Assembly: GCA_017397955.1 (NCBI GenBank)
Contig: JAFQHL010000045.1
Span: forward strand, 26,072 to 90,071
Direction of reading: 5' to 3'
Length of the DNA stretch: 64,000 bases
DNA from: Clostridia bacterium
GTDB taxonomy: Bacteria; Bacillota; Clostridia; Oscillospirales; CAG-382
Shown: in pieces, positions 33,495 through 43,783 of the stretch
Layout: each line of letters begins with the position of its first letter
How positions within the stretch are numbered: the first letter of the stretch is position 1
Position numbers and translations under genes: made by a program
The notes under the pieces: generated by a model
Databases searched by the model: none
Told to the model about the DNA's origin: nothing
The model's input: only the letters and a program-made list of their open reading frames with translations

Positions 33495-36400
33495 ATGGCT
33501 ACAAGAAAAGAATATGAAATGTTATTTAAGCTTGGTGCTCAGTTAGGGCAAGATTTTAACGGAAGCTTTTCTCAAGCTCAAAAAATCCTTTCCCAAACGC
33601 AAAAAGAAATAGCAGCCCTTCAAAAGGTACAAAGTGATATCACAGCTTATTCAAAACAAAATCAGTCTATAGCAGACACTCAAAACAAACTTGAGATGTA
33701 TGAAAAGCAACTGAAGGCTGTTAAGGCTGAACTGGAAGCTTCGGGTGGTAGTAGTGCCGCCCTTGCAAGTAAAGAGGCGGACCTTGAATACAAAGTTAAA
33801 AGCACCGCTGCCTCCTTGCAACAAAAAAAGGACAAGCTTAACGAATTAGGTCAAGCCTTGGAAGACGCCGGTGTTGATACAAGCAAGCTTGCTGATGAAT
33901 CCAAAAAATTAAAAGACAAAGTAAATGAACTTAAGGATGCAGAAAACGTGGCGGGCGAAGAAGCCAAGGTTATGGGCGACAAATCGGAAAGTGCTTTTTC
34001 GCAAATGGGCGAAGCACTTATCGCCGCAGGCGTTGCCAAAGGGCTTAAGGAGATAGTTGATTATTACGCCGAATGCGCCGACGGAGCTGCTGCTTACGCA
34101 GATGAGATAGGTACTATGTCAGTACAGTACGGCATAGCTGCTAAAGATTTGCAGGCATATACATACGCTGCCGAATTACTTGATGTTGATGTTAACACTA
34201 TTACTTCTTCCCTTGCACGAAACACAAGAGCGATGTATAACGCTGCGGATGGCTCAGCTCAGTATGTAGAGGCGTATGACAAAATCGGCATATCCGTAAC
34301 AGATGCAAACGGCAATTTAAGAGATGCTCAGACAGTATATTGGGAGGCAATAGACGCGCTAAGCGCTATGACCAATGAAACCGAGCGTGACGGTATTGCC
34401 ATGACACTGTTAGGGCGCAACGCTATGGAGCTTAACACCCTTATCAAAGCCGGTTCGGGTGTAATGAATGAATATACCGCTATGGCTGAAGAAGCGGGGT
34501 ATATTATGTCGGAAGAGGTGCTTGAAACCCTTTGTGCCCTTGACGACCAAGAACAAATACAGCAAAAAAATCTGCAAGGTTTAAAAAATACAATCGGGGC
34601 TGCTGTTGCTCCTGAACTTATAAAGCTTAAACAAATTCAAAACGAAATGCTCGTGAGTGTTACAGAATTTGCCGCAGAAAACCCCGGCATTGTAAAAGGA
34701 GTCGTACTCATTGCGGGCGCTCTTAGTACGCTCTTGTCGGTATACACTGCTTATAAAGGTGCAAAAGTCGCTATTATCGCTCTCAGAAAGCTTAACAAGC
34801 TCCTAATTAAGGAAGAAACAGCAGCAAAGGTCGCTTCAACAACCGCAACCCAGGGTGCCACCGCAGCACAACACGGATTTAATGCGGCTATGAATGCGAA
34901 CCCTGTAGGAGTTTTTGCTGTGTCCTTAACTTCTCTTATCGGACTTTTTTCTGTTTTGAAAAATGAGACGAAAAGTGCTTCGTATGAATTACTAACGCTT
35001 TCTCGAGATTATGCAAAAGAGGTTAAAAACCTACAAGAAGAATCAAGGCAATTAAGCGATAGTTACGAGGAGTCAGTACTAAACTCGGAAGCTTCTGCCG
35101 ATGCAGCTTTAGCGTATTTAGATCGCCTTATGGAATTAGAGAAACAGGGCATAAAGACTGTTGAACAGCAAAAAGAGTACAATCAGCTGTTAGAACGAAT
35201 CAAGTCCATTATGCCTGATATAAACCTTCAAATAGATGAGCAAACCGGATTATACAAAGGCGGAGCAACTGCACTTGAAGATCAAATAAAAGCACAAAAA
35301 GAGCTAATAAAACTTGAAGCAATTAAAGATTATGCGGCGGGACTGGAAAAGCAAGCGGTAGAAACGCAGGCACAAACACAAAAAATAAGGGAAGAGCTGG
35401 AAGCGGCAAATAAATTATATCAAGAAATAGGCGGTGACGAAGCAAGAAAAAAAGAAAATAAGAATATGGCATCGTCCTATTCCGGTTTGTATGCTGCGCT
35501 TACTGCAGATGCAAATGATGCTTATTTAGCGGTTCTTTCTCTTGAAAAGAGTTTAGAGGAATCGGAAAAAACATATCAAGGAATTCAATCAGAGTTGGAT
35601 TGGCTTTGGGATGAATATTACGAGGGAGAGACAGCAACTTTAGGGCTTGAAGAGCGGACAAACTCACTAAACGATACCATTGAGGGTGCTGCAAAGACCT
35701 CTGCAGAAAACATACTTACCTTGGTAGAAGCTTACGAGGAGGCAAGAAGTGCAGCGGAAAGCAGTATAACAAGCCAATATAATCTTTGGGATACCGCTGC
35801 AACAGTTATTCCGAAAGACATCTCAGATATAAACACCGCCCTTGAAACACAAACGGCGTATTGGAGCAATTATACCACCGATCTGACAGACTTAAGAGAT
35901 AGCGCATCTCATATTGAAGGCTTGGAGGAAATAATAGCTACATTCGCCGACGGTAGCGAGGACAGTGTAAACACGATAGCTTCTCTTGCCAACGCTACCG
36001 ATGAAGAGCTGAACAATTTTGTTAAGAATTATCAGGTCTTAAAACAGTATCAAGCAGATGCCGCAAACGCTATTGCGGAAACTAAAAGTCCGCTTGAAAC
36101 CGCCATTGAAGAATTAAATCTCTCAGAAGAAGCCGAAAACGCAGGTCACGCAACTATCGAGGCATACATACAGGCAATAAGAGAAGGCACACCGGACGCC
36201 GAAGCGGCAGCATCTGAGTTGGCGGAGATTATAAAAGAATCTTTCCCGTCTGTGACAGTCCCGGGCGTAGGAACTTTTACAGTTCCTAAGTACAGCGCAG
36301 TAGCCCTTCCGGGATACGCAACCGGAACCGATTTTGCTGCCCGTGGTTGGGCACTTACAGGTGAAAACGGTCCGGAGCTTATATATTTCAACGGTGGAGA

Positions 36401-36614
36401 GACAGTTTATGATGCCAATGAAACCACCGATATCCTTAGACCTACAGGGGGGGATCATAGAGAAATACAACTTACTGTGGCACCTGTATTTCATGTTACA
36501 ACCACAGATAGTATTGACGATGCTCTTGAAAGATGTAATGAGCAAATAGTCCAAAATGTACTGGAAGCATTAAATGAAGCGGCGCTTGACAGCAGGAGAG
36601 GAGCTTATGCATGA
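33495..36614 (+). CDS. tape measure protein
   Basis: 1039 aa, coiled-coil-rich with central hydrophobic segments. Canonical position in the tail module. Confidence 0.85.
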   Translation: MATRKEYEMLFKLGAQLGQDFNGSFSQAQKILSQTQKEIAALQKVQSDITAYSKQNQSIADTQNKLEMYEKQLKAVKAELEASGGSSAALASKEADLEYKVKSTAASLQQKKDKLNELGQALEDAGVDTSKLADESKKLKDKVNELKDAENVAGEEAKVMGDKSESAFSQMGEALIAAGVAKGLKEIVDYYAECADGAAAYADEIGTMSVQYGIAAKDLQAYTYAAELLDVDVNTITSSLARNTRAMYNAADGSAQYVEAYDKIGISVTDANGNLRDAQTVYWEAIDALSAMTNETERDGIAMTLLGRNAMELNTLIKAGSGVMNEYTAMAEEAGYIMSEEVLETLCALDDQEQIQQKNLQGLKNTIGAAVAPELIKLKQIQNEMLVSVTEFAAENPGIVKGVVLIAGALSTLLSVYTAYKGAKVAIIALRKLNKLLIKEETAAKVASTTATQGATAAQHGFNAAMNANPVGVFAVSLTSLIGLFSVLKNETKSASYELLTLSRDYAKEVKNLQEESRQLSDSYEESVLNSEASADAALAYLDRLMELEKQGIKTVEQQKEYNQLLERIKSIMPDINLQIDEQTGLYKGGATALEDQIKAQKELIKLEAIKDYAAGLEKQAVETQAQTQKIREELEAANKLYQEIGGDEARKKENKNMASSYSGLYAALTADANDAYLAVLSLEKSLEESEKTYQGIQSELDWLWDEYYEGETATLGLEERTNSLNDTIEGAAKTSAENILTLVEAYEEARSAAESSITSQYNLWDTAATVIPKDISDINTALETQTAYWSNYTTDLTDLRDSASHIEGLEEIIATFADGSEDSVNTIASLANATDEELNNFVKNYQVLKQYQADAANAIAETKSPLETAIEELNLSEEAENAGHATIEAYIQAIREGTPDAEAAASELAEIIKESFPSVTVPGVGTFTVPKYSAVALPGYATGTDFAARGWALTGENGPELIYFNGGETVYDANETTDILRPTGGDHREIQLTVAPVFHVTTTDSIDDALERCNEQIVQNVLEALNEAALDSRRGAYA

Positions 36615-36823
36615 CGACATACACAACAAAGCAGGGGGATACATGGGATAGCATATCACATAATATCTTGGGCGATTGTAAATATACAAACTTGCTTATG
36701 GAAGCTAACACTCAATACTTAAACATTTGCATTTTTACATCCGACATTGTATTAGTGATTCCGGATATAGATAAGAACACTTTGGCGAACACTTTGCCGC
36801 CTTGGAAGAGGGTGTTGGGATGA
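36611..36823 (+). CDS. tail protein X (LysM-like)
   Basis: 70 aa. TYTTKQGDTWDSISHNILGD...LVIPDID matches the gpX/LysM pattern. Confidence 0.65.
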   Translation: MTTYTTKQGDTWDSISHNILGDCKYTNLLMEANTQYLNICIFTSDIVLVIPDIDKNTLANTLPPWKRVLG

Positions 36824-38559
36824 GCAACAAGGAACAAATACGCCGCGTTTCCGCCAAAGTGTTTTTCGATGGTGTTGATATAAGTGATGATATTGATAAA
36901 TATTTGCTTTCGCTTACATACACAGATAACGAATCGGGGGAAACTGATGACCTGCAAATAAAGCTTTGCGACAAAGATGATATATGGCTTAAAAGTTGGC
37001 TTAATAAGGCAATTTGGGCGGCATCCGCCTCATCGTACAGCGCTGTTGCATCTAAAAAAGAAACATCAGTATCCAATTTGTATAAGGTGTCTGCAAAAAC
37101 AGGAGCGGCGGTTCATAGCAGACCCGGAGTGTTGTACTATGTTTACGGTACCCTTCCGTATGGCACCGTAATTACTGTAAGCTCTATATCTGACGGATGG
37201 GCGAACTTTGTTTTTTCAGGCAAAAACGCCTATGTCAGAGCAAACCTGTTAACCTCTACTCAGGCATCTTATAACAGTTCTCCCCAAACATCTTACGATG
37301 CAGAGTGGCAAATAGGGGATGCCGTTATTGCCAACGGTGCTCCACACGAATCCAGCTACGGTTCAGGAAAGACAGGTGCTGTTGTTACCAATTACGAAAG
37401 CACGGTCACTTACTTAAACTTAAAGGCAGGTGTACCTTATCCTATTTGCGTTGGAAACATAGGGTGGTTTGCTGTGACCGATGTAAAACACCGCGGTTCG
37501 GCGTCCTCTCAAGCCGAGTATGACGGTGCATGTAAAGGTATGAAAATACAAGCCGTGCTTGTTCGTCATAATTGGACAGGTAACGGAGAAGACGAGGTGC
37601 TTGATTGTGGGAGTTTTGAACTTGACGGTGTAGGTGCATCGGGTCCTCCTTCTGCAATAAATATCAAAGCAACCTCCTTAACATATAACAGCAGCGCAAG
37701 GCAAACCAAGCACAGCAAGTCGTGGGAATCATATTATTTAAAAGGGATTGCAGAAGAAATAGCACAAAAAAACGGAATGACTTGTGTCTTTTGCACCGCT
37801 AAAAACCCTTTTTATGAGCGCGTGGAACAGTACAAAACCAGCGACATAGCTTTTCTTAACAAACTGTGTTCGGATGCAGGGTGTGCTTTGAAGTGCACCA
37901 ATAATATCATAGTTATATTTGACAGCGTTGCGGCTGCATCTTCCAAATCCATGGTAATAGACAGAAACAAACTTCCCAGTGATACTAAGTACAACCTTAC
38001 AACACAGCAAAATTCAGCATATACGAGCTGCAGAGTAAGTTATGTTACTCCTTCAGGTCAACTTATTGAAGCAACAGCGTATGTAGATGACTACGATGCT
38101 GAAAACGATAAGAATCAATGTTATGAAGTTTCACAAAAAGTTAGCAACACTGCGGAAGCCAAGGCTTTGGCAGCTACCACTCTTAAAAATGTCAATAAAT
38201 TCAGCATCAATATTAGCTTTACTTTCCCTTTTACGACCACATTGTTTGCGGGAAGTTGCGTTGAACTTGTTAATTACGGGTATTGGTCAGGTATATATGC
38301 TGTATCCCAAGCAAAGCACAGTATCGGCTCTTCTGCATCCACTACTCAGATTACACTGCGAAAGCTTACCGCATCTGAAATTGAAGAAAACGGAAAAACC
38401 ACATATAACGCCAATAAAAGTATAGAACAACTTGCACTTGAGGTTATTCGTGGAGAGTGGGGCACAGGGCAAGAGCGCAGACGCAGGCTGACGGAAGAAA
38501 ATTACGATTATAACGCCGTTCAAACTATGGTAAATCAGATATTAAGCAAGGGAGGATAA
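36820..38559 (+). CDS. late control D-like tail hub protein with inserted SH3b-like domain and C-terminal Cpl-7-type repeat
   Basis: ATGA-coupled start at 36820. gpD-like N-terminus (RVSAKVFFDGVDISDDIDKYLLSLTYTDNESGETDDLQIKL). SH3b-like segment at about 37081-37251. C-terminal IEQLALEVIRGEWGTGQERRRRLTEENYDYNAVQTMVNQIL. Confidence 0.65.
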   Translation: MSNKEQIRRVSAKVFFDGVDISDDIDKYLLSLTYTDNESGETDDLQIKLCDKDDIWLKSWLNKAIWAASASSYSAVASKKETSVSNLYKVSAKTGAAVHSRPGVLYYVYGTLPYGTVITVSSISDGWANFVFSGKNAYVRANLLTSTQASYNSSPQTSYDAEWQIGDAVIANGAPHESSYGSGKTGAVVTNYESTVTYLNLKAGVPYPICVGNIGWFAVTDVKHRGSASSQAEYDGACKGMKIQAVLVRHNWTGNGEDEVLDCGSFELDGVGASGPPSAINIKATSLTYNSSARQTKHSKSWESYYLKGIAEEIAQKNGMTCVFCTAKNPFYERVEQYKTSDIAFLNKLCSDAGCALKCTNNIIVIFDSVAAASSKSMVIDRNKLPSDTKYNLTTQQNSAYTSCRVSYVTPSGQLIEATAYVDDYDAENDKNQCYEVSQKVSNTAEAKALAATTLKNVNKFSINISFTFPFTTTLFAGSCVELVNYGYWSGIYAVSQAKHSIGSSASTTQITLRKLTASEIEENGKTTYNANKSIEQLALEVIRGEWGTGQERRRRLTEENYDYNAVQTMVNQILSKGG

Positions 38560-38561
38560 AT

Positions 38562-38780
38562 ATGGAAACGCTAAGAATCGGGACTGTGCAAAGCGTAGAT
38601 ATAACACAACGCACTGTAAGAGTCTTCTTTACAGATACTAAAATCGTTTCAGCTCCTTTAAAAGTTTTAAGGCATTGTGCAGACCTTTCGGATGCATGGT
38701 TGCCTAATGTAAATGATACAGTGCTTTGCTTATACAAAGAATCTTTTAACGGTGATGGATATGTCATAGGAGGTGTATGA
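38562..38780 (+). CDS. baseplate assembly V / spike N-terminal OB-like small protein
   Basis: 72 aa. Contains RIGTVQSVDITQRTVRVFF...LPNVNDTVLCLY. Confidence 0.45.
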   Translation: METLRIGTVQSVDITQRTVRVFFTDTKIVSAPLKVLRHCADLSDAWLPNVNDTVLCLYKESFNGDGYVIGGV

Positions 38781-39190
38781 TGAGCACCGGCAGAACAATA
38801 GGTTGTTTTGGTGATGTGGTTTTCAGCGTATCTGCCGAAGCTGTAAAAACCATTAGAAGTTTGTCCGTATCTCATTCCGCAAGCATTCAAAGCCATAAAC
38901 GCAGGTTACAGAAACCTTTACACGAATTCATCGCACCTGACGCAGATACTGCGTCATTTTCTTTGCGGTTATCGCAGTTCCTTGGCGTGACACCTAAAGA
39001 TGATTATGAGAAGCTGAAAAGTTATCTTTTGCAAGGCATACCAAAGCCTTTTGTTTTGGGTGAAAGTCGTGTGGGAGATAACATGTGGTATATATCAAAG
39101 CTAAAAAATATTACAGACCGTTTTAATATAAACGGTAATGCTGCTGATATTGATCTTTCGGTATCCCTAACAGAGTGTCCAAAGGAGTGA
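38777..39190 (+). CDS. phage tail protein, GpU-like
   Basis: 137 aa. Weak resemblance by eye to the P2 GpU family, supported by gene context. Confidence 0.35.
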   Translation: MMSTGRTIGCFGDVVFSVSAEAVKTIRSLSVSHSASIQSHKRRLQKPLHEFIAPDADTASFSLRLSQFLGVTPKDDYEKLKSYLLQGIPKPFVLGESRVGDNMWYISKLKNITDRFNINGNAADIDLSVSLTECPKE

Positions 39191-39194
39191 AAAA

Positions 39195-39500
39195 GTGAAA
39201 TACATTGTAAAAAGCAATGAACCTCCTAAGCTTACGCTTGTCGAGAGCAATGAGGTGAATTCAATACTCCAAAATGTGTATATAATTCTAAATTCATACA
39301 AAGGTACAGTCCCTATGTATCGTGACTTTGGGATAAATGCCGCGTACAAGGACAGGCCTATGTCAGCGGCTAAAGCTTTGTTGGTTGCTGACATCACAGA
39401 AGTAATAGAAAAATTCGAACCGAGGGTGAAGACTGCTACGGTAATATTCACCGCAGACGATGCAGAAACTTTAGTAGCACAAGTGGAGGTGACCGTATGA
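39195..39500 (+). CDS. baseplate wedge protein, GPW/gp25 family
   Basis: 101 aa. Contains ILQNVYIILNSYKGTVPMYRDFGIN. Confidence 0.65.
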   Translation: MKYIVKSNEPPKLTLVESNEVNSILQNVYIILNSYKGTVPMYRDFGINAAYKDRPMSAAKALLVADITEVIEKFEPRVKTATVIFTADDAETLVAQVEVTV

Positions 39501-40861
39501 CCGAAAATTACAGATTTGTATCTACAGATGTAGAATCAGTATTAACTGAGTTACTGGAATCCTATAAAAAAGAAACAGGACATACCGTGCGTCCTGCAGA
39601 CCCTGAAATGCTGTTTATAAGATGGTTGGCAAACTGCATTGTTCAGGAGAGGATAATGCAAAATTTTGTTGGAAACCAAAACATTCCCAGTCGTGCTGTA
39701 GGTGAGAATTTAGACGCCCTTGGGGAAACGATATACAACCTAAAACGACCCGTTGCCCAACGGGCAAAATGCACTATGAGGTTTTATATCCAGACTCAGG
39801 GAACGGCTACGATTATTCCGGCCGGAACAAAAGTAACGGATAGCGGCGGCGCTCTCTTTTGGCAAACAACTGCAGATGCTGTTATCAATATGTGGTCTGA
39901 ATACAGTGATGTGATGGTCCAATGTCTAAGTGCTGGAGACGCAGGGAACGGATACGCCCCGGGACAAATTAACAAGCTCGTAGATGTAGATAATATTCCT
40001 CGCTTTTTGCGTTGTGAAAATATCGACACCAGTTATGGCGGTTCAGAAATTGCCACAGACAGTGAATATTTTGAGCTTATGAAAAACTCTCTTGATTCCT
40101 ATAGCGTGGCAGGTCCTTCGGGAGCGTATGAATATTGGGCTAAAACCGCATCGACAGACATAGCAGATGTCAAAGCGGTACAGCCCAAAGAATTACTTAA
40201 AACAAAATTGCCGCTCTATACGCGTCAAGATAAAAGATATGCTTTTTTAGGCGGAGACCAATTGTTGAAAGACAGTCTTGTTGTGCGCCAAAAAGGAAGC
40301 ACGGATATAGCAGCTCCCAATTTTGAATACACGGTGAATTACCAAGACGGACTTTTGACTATAGAAGTTTTGGATGGAATTCAGTCGGATGAAATTGATG
40401 TTGAGATAGAACGCCTTAAAGCGTGCTGTGTCAATATATACGCTTTGATGAAAGACGGAACACCGGCGACGGAGGCGATAAAAGACGAAATATACAAAGC
40501 TTGCAATGCTGATTTCGTTAGACCGCTAACGGATTATGTAGCATGCGCCGACCCCGTTGTGGTACCTTATAACATCTCTCTACACTATTACATACCCGAT
40601 GATACAGTAGATAGTGCAAAAAATATTGAGGTGGCTGTAAACGAAGCGGTTGATAATTATATAGCGTGGCAGTCGGCTAAAATGGGACGCGATATAAATC
40701 CGTCCGAACTGTACAAACGGATTATGCAAGCTGGTGTAAAGCGTGTGGAAATTGAGGCGCCTGCCTTTACTTCTTTGCAAAGCGGCAAAAACAACACAGT
40801 GCCTCAGGTAGCTTTGGTTGGAACAATCAATGTTGTAAACAGAGGTGTGGAAGATGAATAA
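39497..40861 (+). CDS. baseplate J-like protein
   Basis: 454 aa, located after the gp25-like gene and coupled to it. Confidence 0.7.
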   Translation: MTENYRFVSTDVESVLTELLESYKKETGHTVRPADPEMLFIRWLANCIVQERIMQNFVGNQNIPSRAVGENLDALGETIYNLKRPVAQRAKCTMRFYIQTQGTATIIPAGTKVTDSGGALFWQTTADAVINMWSEYSDVMVQCLSAGDAGNGYAPGQINKLVDVDNIPRFLRCENIDTSYGGSEIATDSEYFELMKNSLDSYSVAGPSGAYEYWAKTASTDIADVKAVQPKELLKTKLPLYTRQDKRYAFLGGDQLLKDSLVVRQKGSTDIAAPNFEYTVNYQDGLLTIEVLDGIQSDEIDVEIERLKACCVNIYALMKDGTPATEAIKDEIYKACNADFVRPLTDYVACADPVVVPYNISLHYYIPDDTVDSAKNIEVAVNEAVDNYIAWQSAKMGRDINPSELYKRIMQAGVKRVEIEAPAFTSLQSGKNNTVPQVALVGTINVVNRGVEDE

Positions 40862-41426
40862 AGCTTACGAGTCCACATCATTGCTACAACTGCTTCCCGA
40901 TGTCTTAATGGCAGATGAATCTGTAAGAGCATTAGCTGTGGCAACCGCTGATGAAAACGCAAAAAATTTTGTTAATACCAAAAATTTACAGGTTTTTACA
41001 AGGATAACCGAACTTGAACAGCCTTTGTTGGACATTCTTGCATCGGACTTTAAAGTGGATTGGTATCTCCCCGATGCAGATGTACGCGCAAAACGCGCTC
41101 TAATTAAATTGTGCTTTTTTGTGCATAAAACATTGGGGACTAAGGCGGCAATGTTAAGAGCGCTTACAGGCCTTTGCCCGGGTACGGAGCTGAAAGAGTG
41201 GTTTGAGTACGATGGTTTACCCGGACATTTTAAGGTGCTGTTTGATATAACAAATCAAACAACACCTGTAAATTATGCAACATTAAAACATTTAATAGAA
41301 ATTTTCAAACCTAAAAGGTCGATTCTTGATGAGAGTTACGCAGTTTACAATTTGCAGATGTTAAATTTGGGTAGTACCATTTTGTCTTGCACAAAAGAAA
41401 TAACATTAATATGTGAAAGGAGCTAA
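40854..41426 (+). CDS. tail protein I (P2 gpI-like)
   Basis: Contains LLQLLPDVLMADESVRAL...LLDILASDFKVDWY...AKRALIKLCFFVHKTLGTKAAM. Confidence 0.6.
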   Translation: MNKAYESTSLLQLLPDVLMADESVRALAVATADENAKNFVNTKNLQVFTRITELEQPLLDILASDFKVDWYLPDADVRAKRALIKLCFFVHKTLGTKAAMLRALTGLCPGTELKEWFEYDGLPGHFKVLFDITNQTTPVNYATLKHLIEIFKPKRSILDESYAVYNLQMLNLGSTILSCTKEITLICERS

Positions 41427-41431
41427 TTATT

Positions 41432-42295
41432 ATGAGTTTTCCTGCACTTGAATTGACGGAGAATGGAAAAAGACTCTTGTCAAATGCTTTGGTAGGTCAA
41501 AAATTAAATTTTTCAAAAATTGCAATAGGTTCAGGAGTTATGTCTGAGGATGCAAAAAAACTTACAGAACTTGTTGTATTAGAAAAAGATATACCAATAA
41601 GCGGCATGCAAGCTGAATTGGGTACTGCACGCTTGTTGGCGACATTGGATAATACGGAAACAACAGAGGGCTTTTGGTGGCGAGAAATAGGTATTTACGC
41701 AAATGATGAGAACGGCGAAGTGTTGTATGCATACGCTAACGCAGGAGAATACGCTGAATATATTCCGGCGTATACAAGCGCATCCTTTGTCAGAACCACC
41801 ATAACAGTAAATGTAATGGTCGGTAATGCTGAAAATGTAACCGCAAGCATTGCCGATTATGCGGGATACATAACCTTTTCAGATTTTCAACAGCACTTAT
41901 CGTCGGCTAATCCCCATAATGTTACCGCTGCAGATGTTGGGCTAAGAGTTACAAACGAAGGCATTTTACAGTACCTTAATAATGGTGTTTGGCGTTCGGT
42001 AGCTACCTCTCCCAGCATTCATCTTTATATGAGCGACCATTCGGAATTTGAATCTGTTTCCGTATCTCTTTATAATACTTATGTGGACGAAGGAATGGAT
42101 GACACTACATTCATAGAAACCATAGAAAAACCCGTAATAGACGGAGCCGCAAGTGTAAGGTTTTTTGTACCCCAATTAGGCGTGTATCGTGTAGTAATAA
42201 CATGTAATTATAAGGTTGAAGGTGAGGCGCCTTTTGTAGTAAAGAAAAACGTTGTAGTAGATGATGCTATGTCGTATAGCGAACAAATGACTTGA
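41432..42295 (+). CDS. tail-collar fibre protein (DUF3751-like N-terminus)
   Basis: Contains ELTENGKRLLSNALVGQKLNFSKIAIGSG...WWREIGIYANDENGEVLYAYAN. Confidence 0.65.
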   Translation: MSFPALELTENGKRLLSNALVGQKLNFSKIAIGSGVMSEDAKKLTELVVLEKDIPISGMQAELGTARLLATLDNTETTEGFWWREIGIYANDENGEVLYAYANAGEYAEYIPAYTSASFVRTTITVNVMVGNAENVTASIADYAGYITFSDFQQHLSSANPHNVTAADVGLRVTNEGILQYLNNGVWRSVATSPSIHLYMSDHSEFESVSVSLYNTYVDEGMDDTTFIETIEKPVIDGAASVRFFVPQLGVYRVVITCNYKVEGEAPFVVKKNVVVDDAMSYSEQMT

Positions 42296-42309
42296 ATATG
42301 GAGGATAGT

Positions 42310-42585
42310 ATGGCACAGCAAGTAAAAAGAGTTGAATTGGAAGGAAGTATAACACAAGTCATTTTTCCAAATCAATGCGGAAGATACCTTGTAAAGAACT
42401 TTTCTGACGAAGATATTTATGTATCGTTCGAGGAATCGGTAGAGTTTAATACAAGCATTAAGATAACCGCCGGCATGGCGCAGGTGTGCATCATAAACGA
42501 GCGCAACGGCTCCGGGCAAGAAAAAGCCAATTGTATTTACATAAGCGGAACCGGGGAAGTAGAGGTACAGCAGTTATGGTGGTAA
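42310..42585 (+). CDS. hypothetical tail-fibre-associated protein
   Basis: ATG 42310 follows a GGAGGA RBS. 91 aa. Confidence 0.35.
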   Translation: MAQQVKRVELEGSITQVIFPNQCGRYLVKNFSDEDIYVSFEESVEFNTSIKITAGMAQVCIINERNGSGQEKANCIYISGTGEVEVQQLWW

Positions 42586-43484
42586 ACGATAACAGTTATG
42601 TCTTTCCCGTTATTAACGACAGCGGCGGTAGCCATGTTAAAAATCGCAATGTTTTACAACTTCTATACACCGAGGGCGCAGAGATAACGGCGGAGGATTG
42701 GGGAAGTGCTAATATCATCACGAATAATAATGCAGACAGTGCTGAAATGCAAGCTGTGTCGTTCCGTGGCACTTTATGCAAAAGTATTGTATTTCCCGAT
42801 TCGCAAATTAAACCCGTTTCACTTTGGGACAACAAAAACTTAGAGTATTACGATAGTGGAAATGGTATGTATTCCCGTGGCTATTTTGACCAGTCCAATC
42901 AAGGGCACACGCTTTTTAAGGGATGCTCTGCCTTAAAAACACTTTGGATGGGTGAAGATTTTTTGCCATTCGGTACAAATGCTTTTCAGAATTGTTCATC
43001 CTTAAAAGAAATACACTATCGTGGGACATTAGATAAATGGGCTGAAATACGAAGTTCGGGAAAAGGCACGAACCGACCGTTTTCAGCAAGTGGCGGTGGT
43101 AGTTTTTATTTGGGAGATAGCACCGAGCCGTTGACCGAAATAAATTTAACTACAGCCAAAACAATAATGGGCGGCGCTTTTGCCTCTTTCGCCGATGTCG
43201 AAAAAGCTATTATAGGTGAAACCGTGGAAACCATACAAGACCAATGTTTCGTATCTTGTGCAAAGTTAAAAGTTGTTATCTTAAAGGGTGATACAGTAAA
43301 AACATTGTCAAATGCGAATACCTTTAACTACACACCAATATACAACGACACAGGCACTATATACATTCAGCCTCTAACTGTTGACGAAGCCACGCTTGTG
43401 GCAGAATACAAGGCGGCAACGAATTGGAGCGCATTCGCAAATATCAAACCCTTTAGCGAATACACGGGAGGTGCTGAACAATGA
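42576..43484 (+). CDS. BspA-type leucine-rich-repeat (LRR_5) protein, putative receptor-binding tail component
   Basis: ATG 42576. Repeats such as LFKGCSALKTLWMGEDFLPFGTNAFQNCSSLKEIHY and IMGGAFASFADVEKAIIGETVETIQDQCFVSCAKLKVVIL. Confidence 0.55.
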   Translation: MVVNDNSYVFPVINDSGGSHVKNRNVLQLLYTEGAEITAEDWGSANIITNNNADSAEMQAVSFRGTLCKSIVFPDSQIKPVSLWDNKNLEYYDSGNGMYSRGYFDQSNQGHTLFKGCSALKTLWMGEDFLPFGTNAFQNCSSLKEIHYRGTLDKWAEIRSSGKGTNRPFSASGGGSFYLGDSTEPLTEINLTTAKTIMGGAFASFADVEKAIIGETVETIQDQCFVSCAKLKVVILKGDTVKTLSNANTFNYTPIYNDTGTIYIQPLTVDEATLVAEYKAATNWSAFANIKPFSEYTGGAEQ

Positions 43485-43783
43485 CATATCAAGAACGAAT
43501 TGAGCAGTTAAAGCAAGAATATGATATTGTCGCAGACGAAGCGGACGGCACTTTGCACACTATGACTATTCAGCGAAAATCGGACGGAAGCGTATACGCG
43601 TTCACTATTTCTGAGCTTTACACTATAGCCCGTGACGGTGCTGAGTATGACGAAGCTATTGACCCTTTAGACAGTCGTAGAGTTTACACGGAAACGGCAA
43701 ATCTTAAGGCAGGCGTTGAAGATGATGAAGCAACTGAAGCTGATTATCTTGCCGCTCTTGCAAAGTTAGGGGTGAGCGAATGA
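43481..43783 (+). CDS. hypothetical acidic protein
   Basis: 100 aa, coupled to both neighbouring genes. Confidence 0.35.
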   Translation: MTYQERIEQLKQEYDIVADEADGTLHTMTIQRKSDGSVYAFTISELYTIARDGAEYDEAIDPLDSRRVYTETANLKAGVEDDEATEADYLAALAKLGVSE

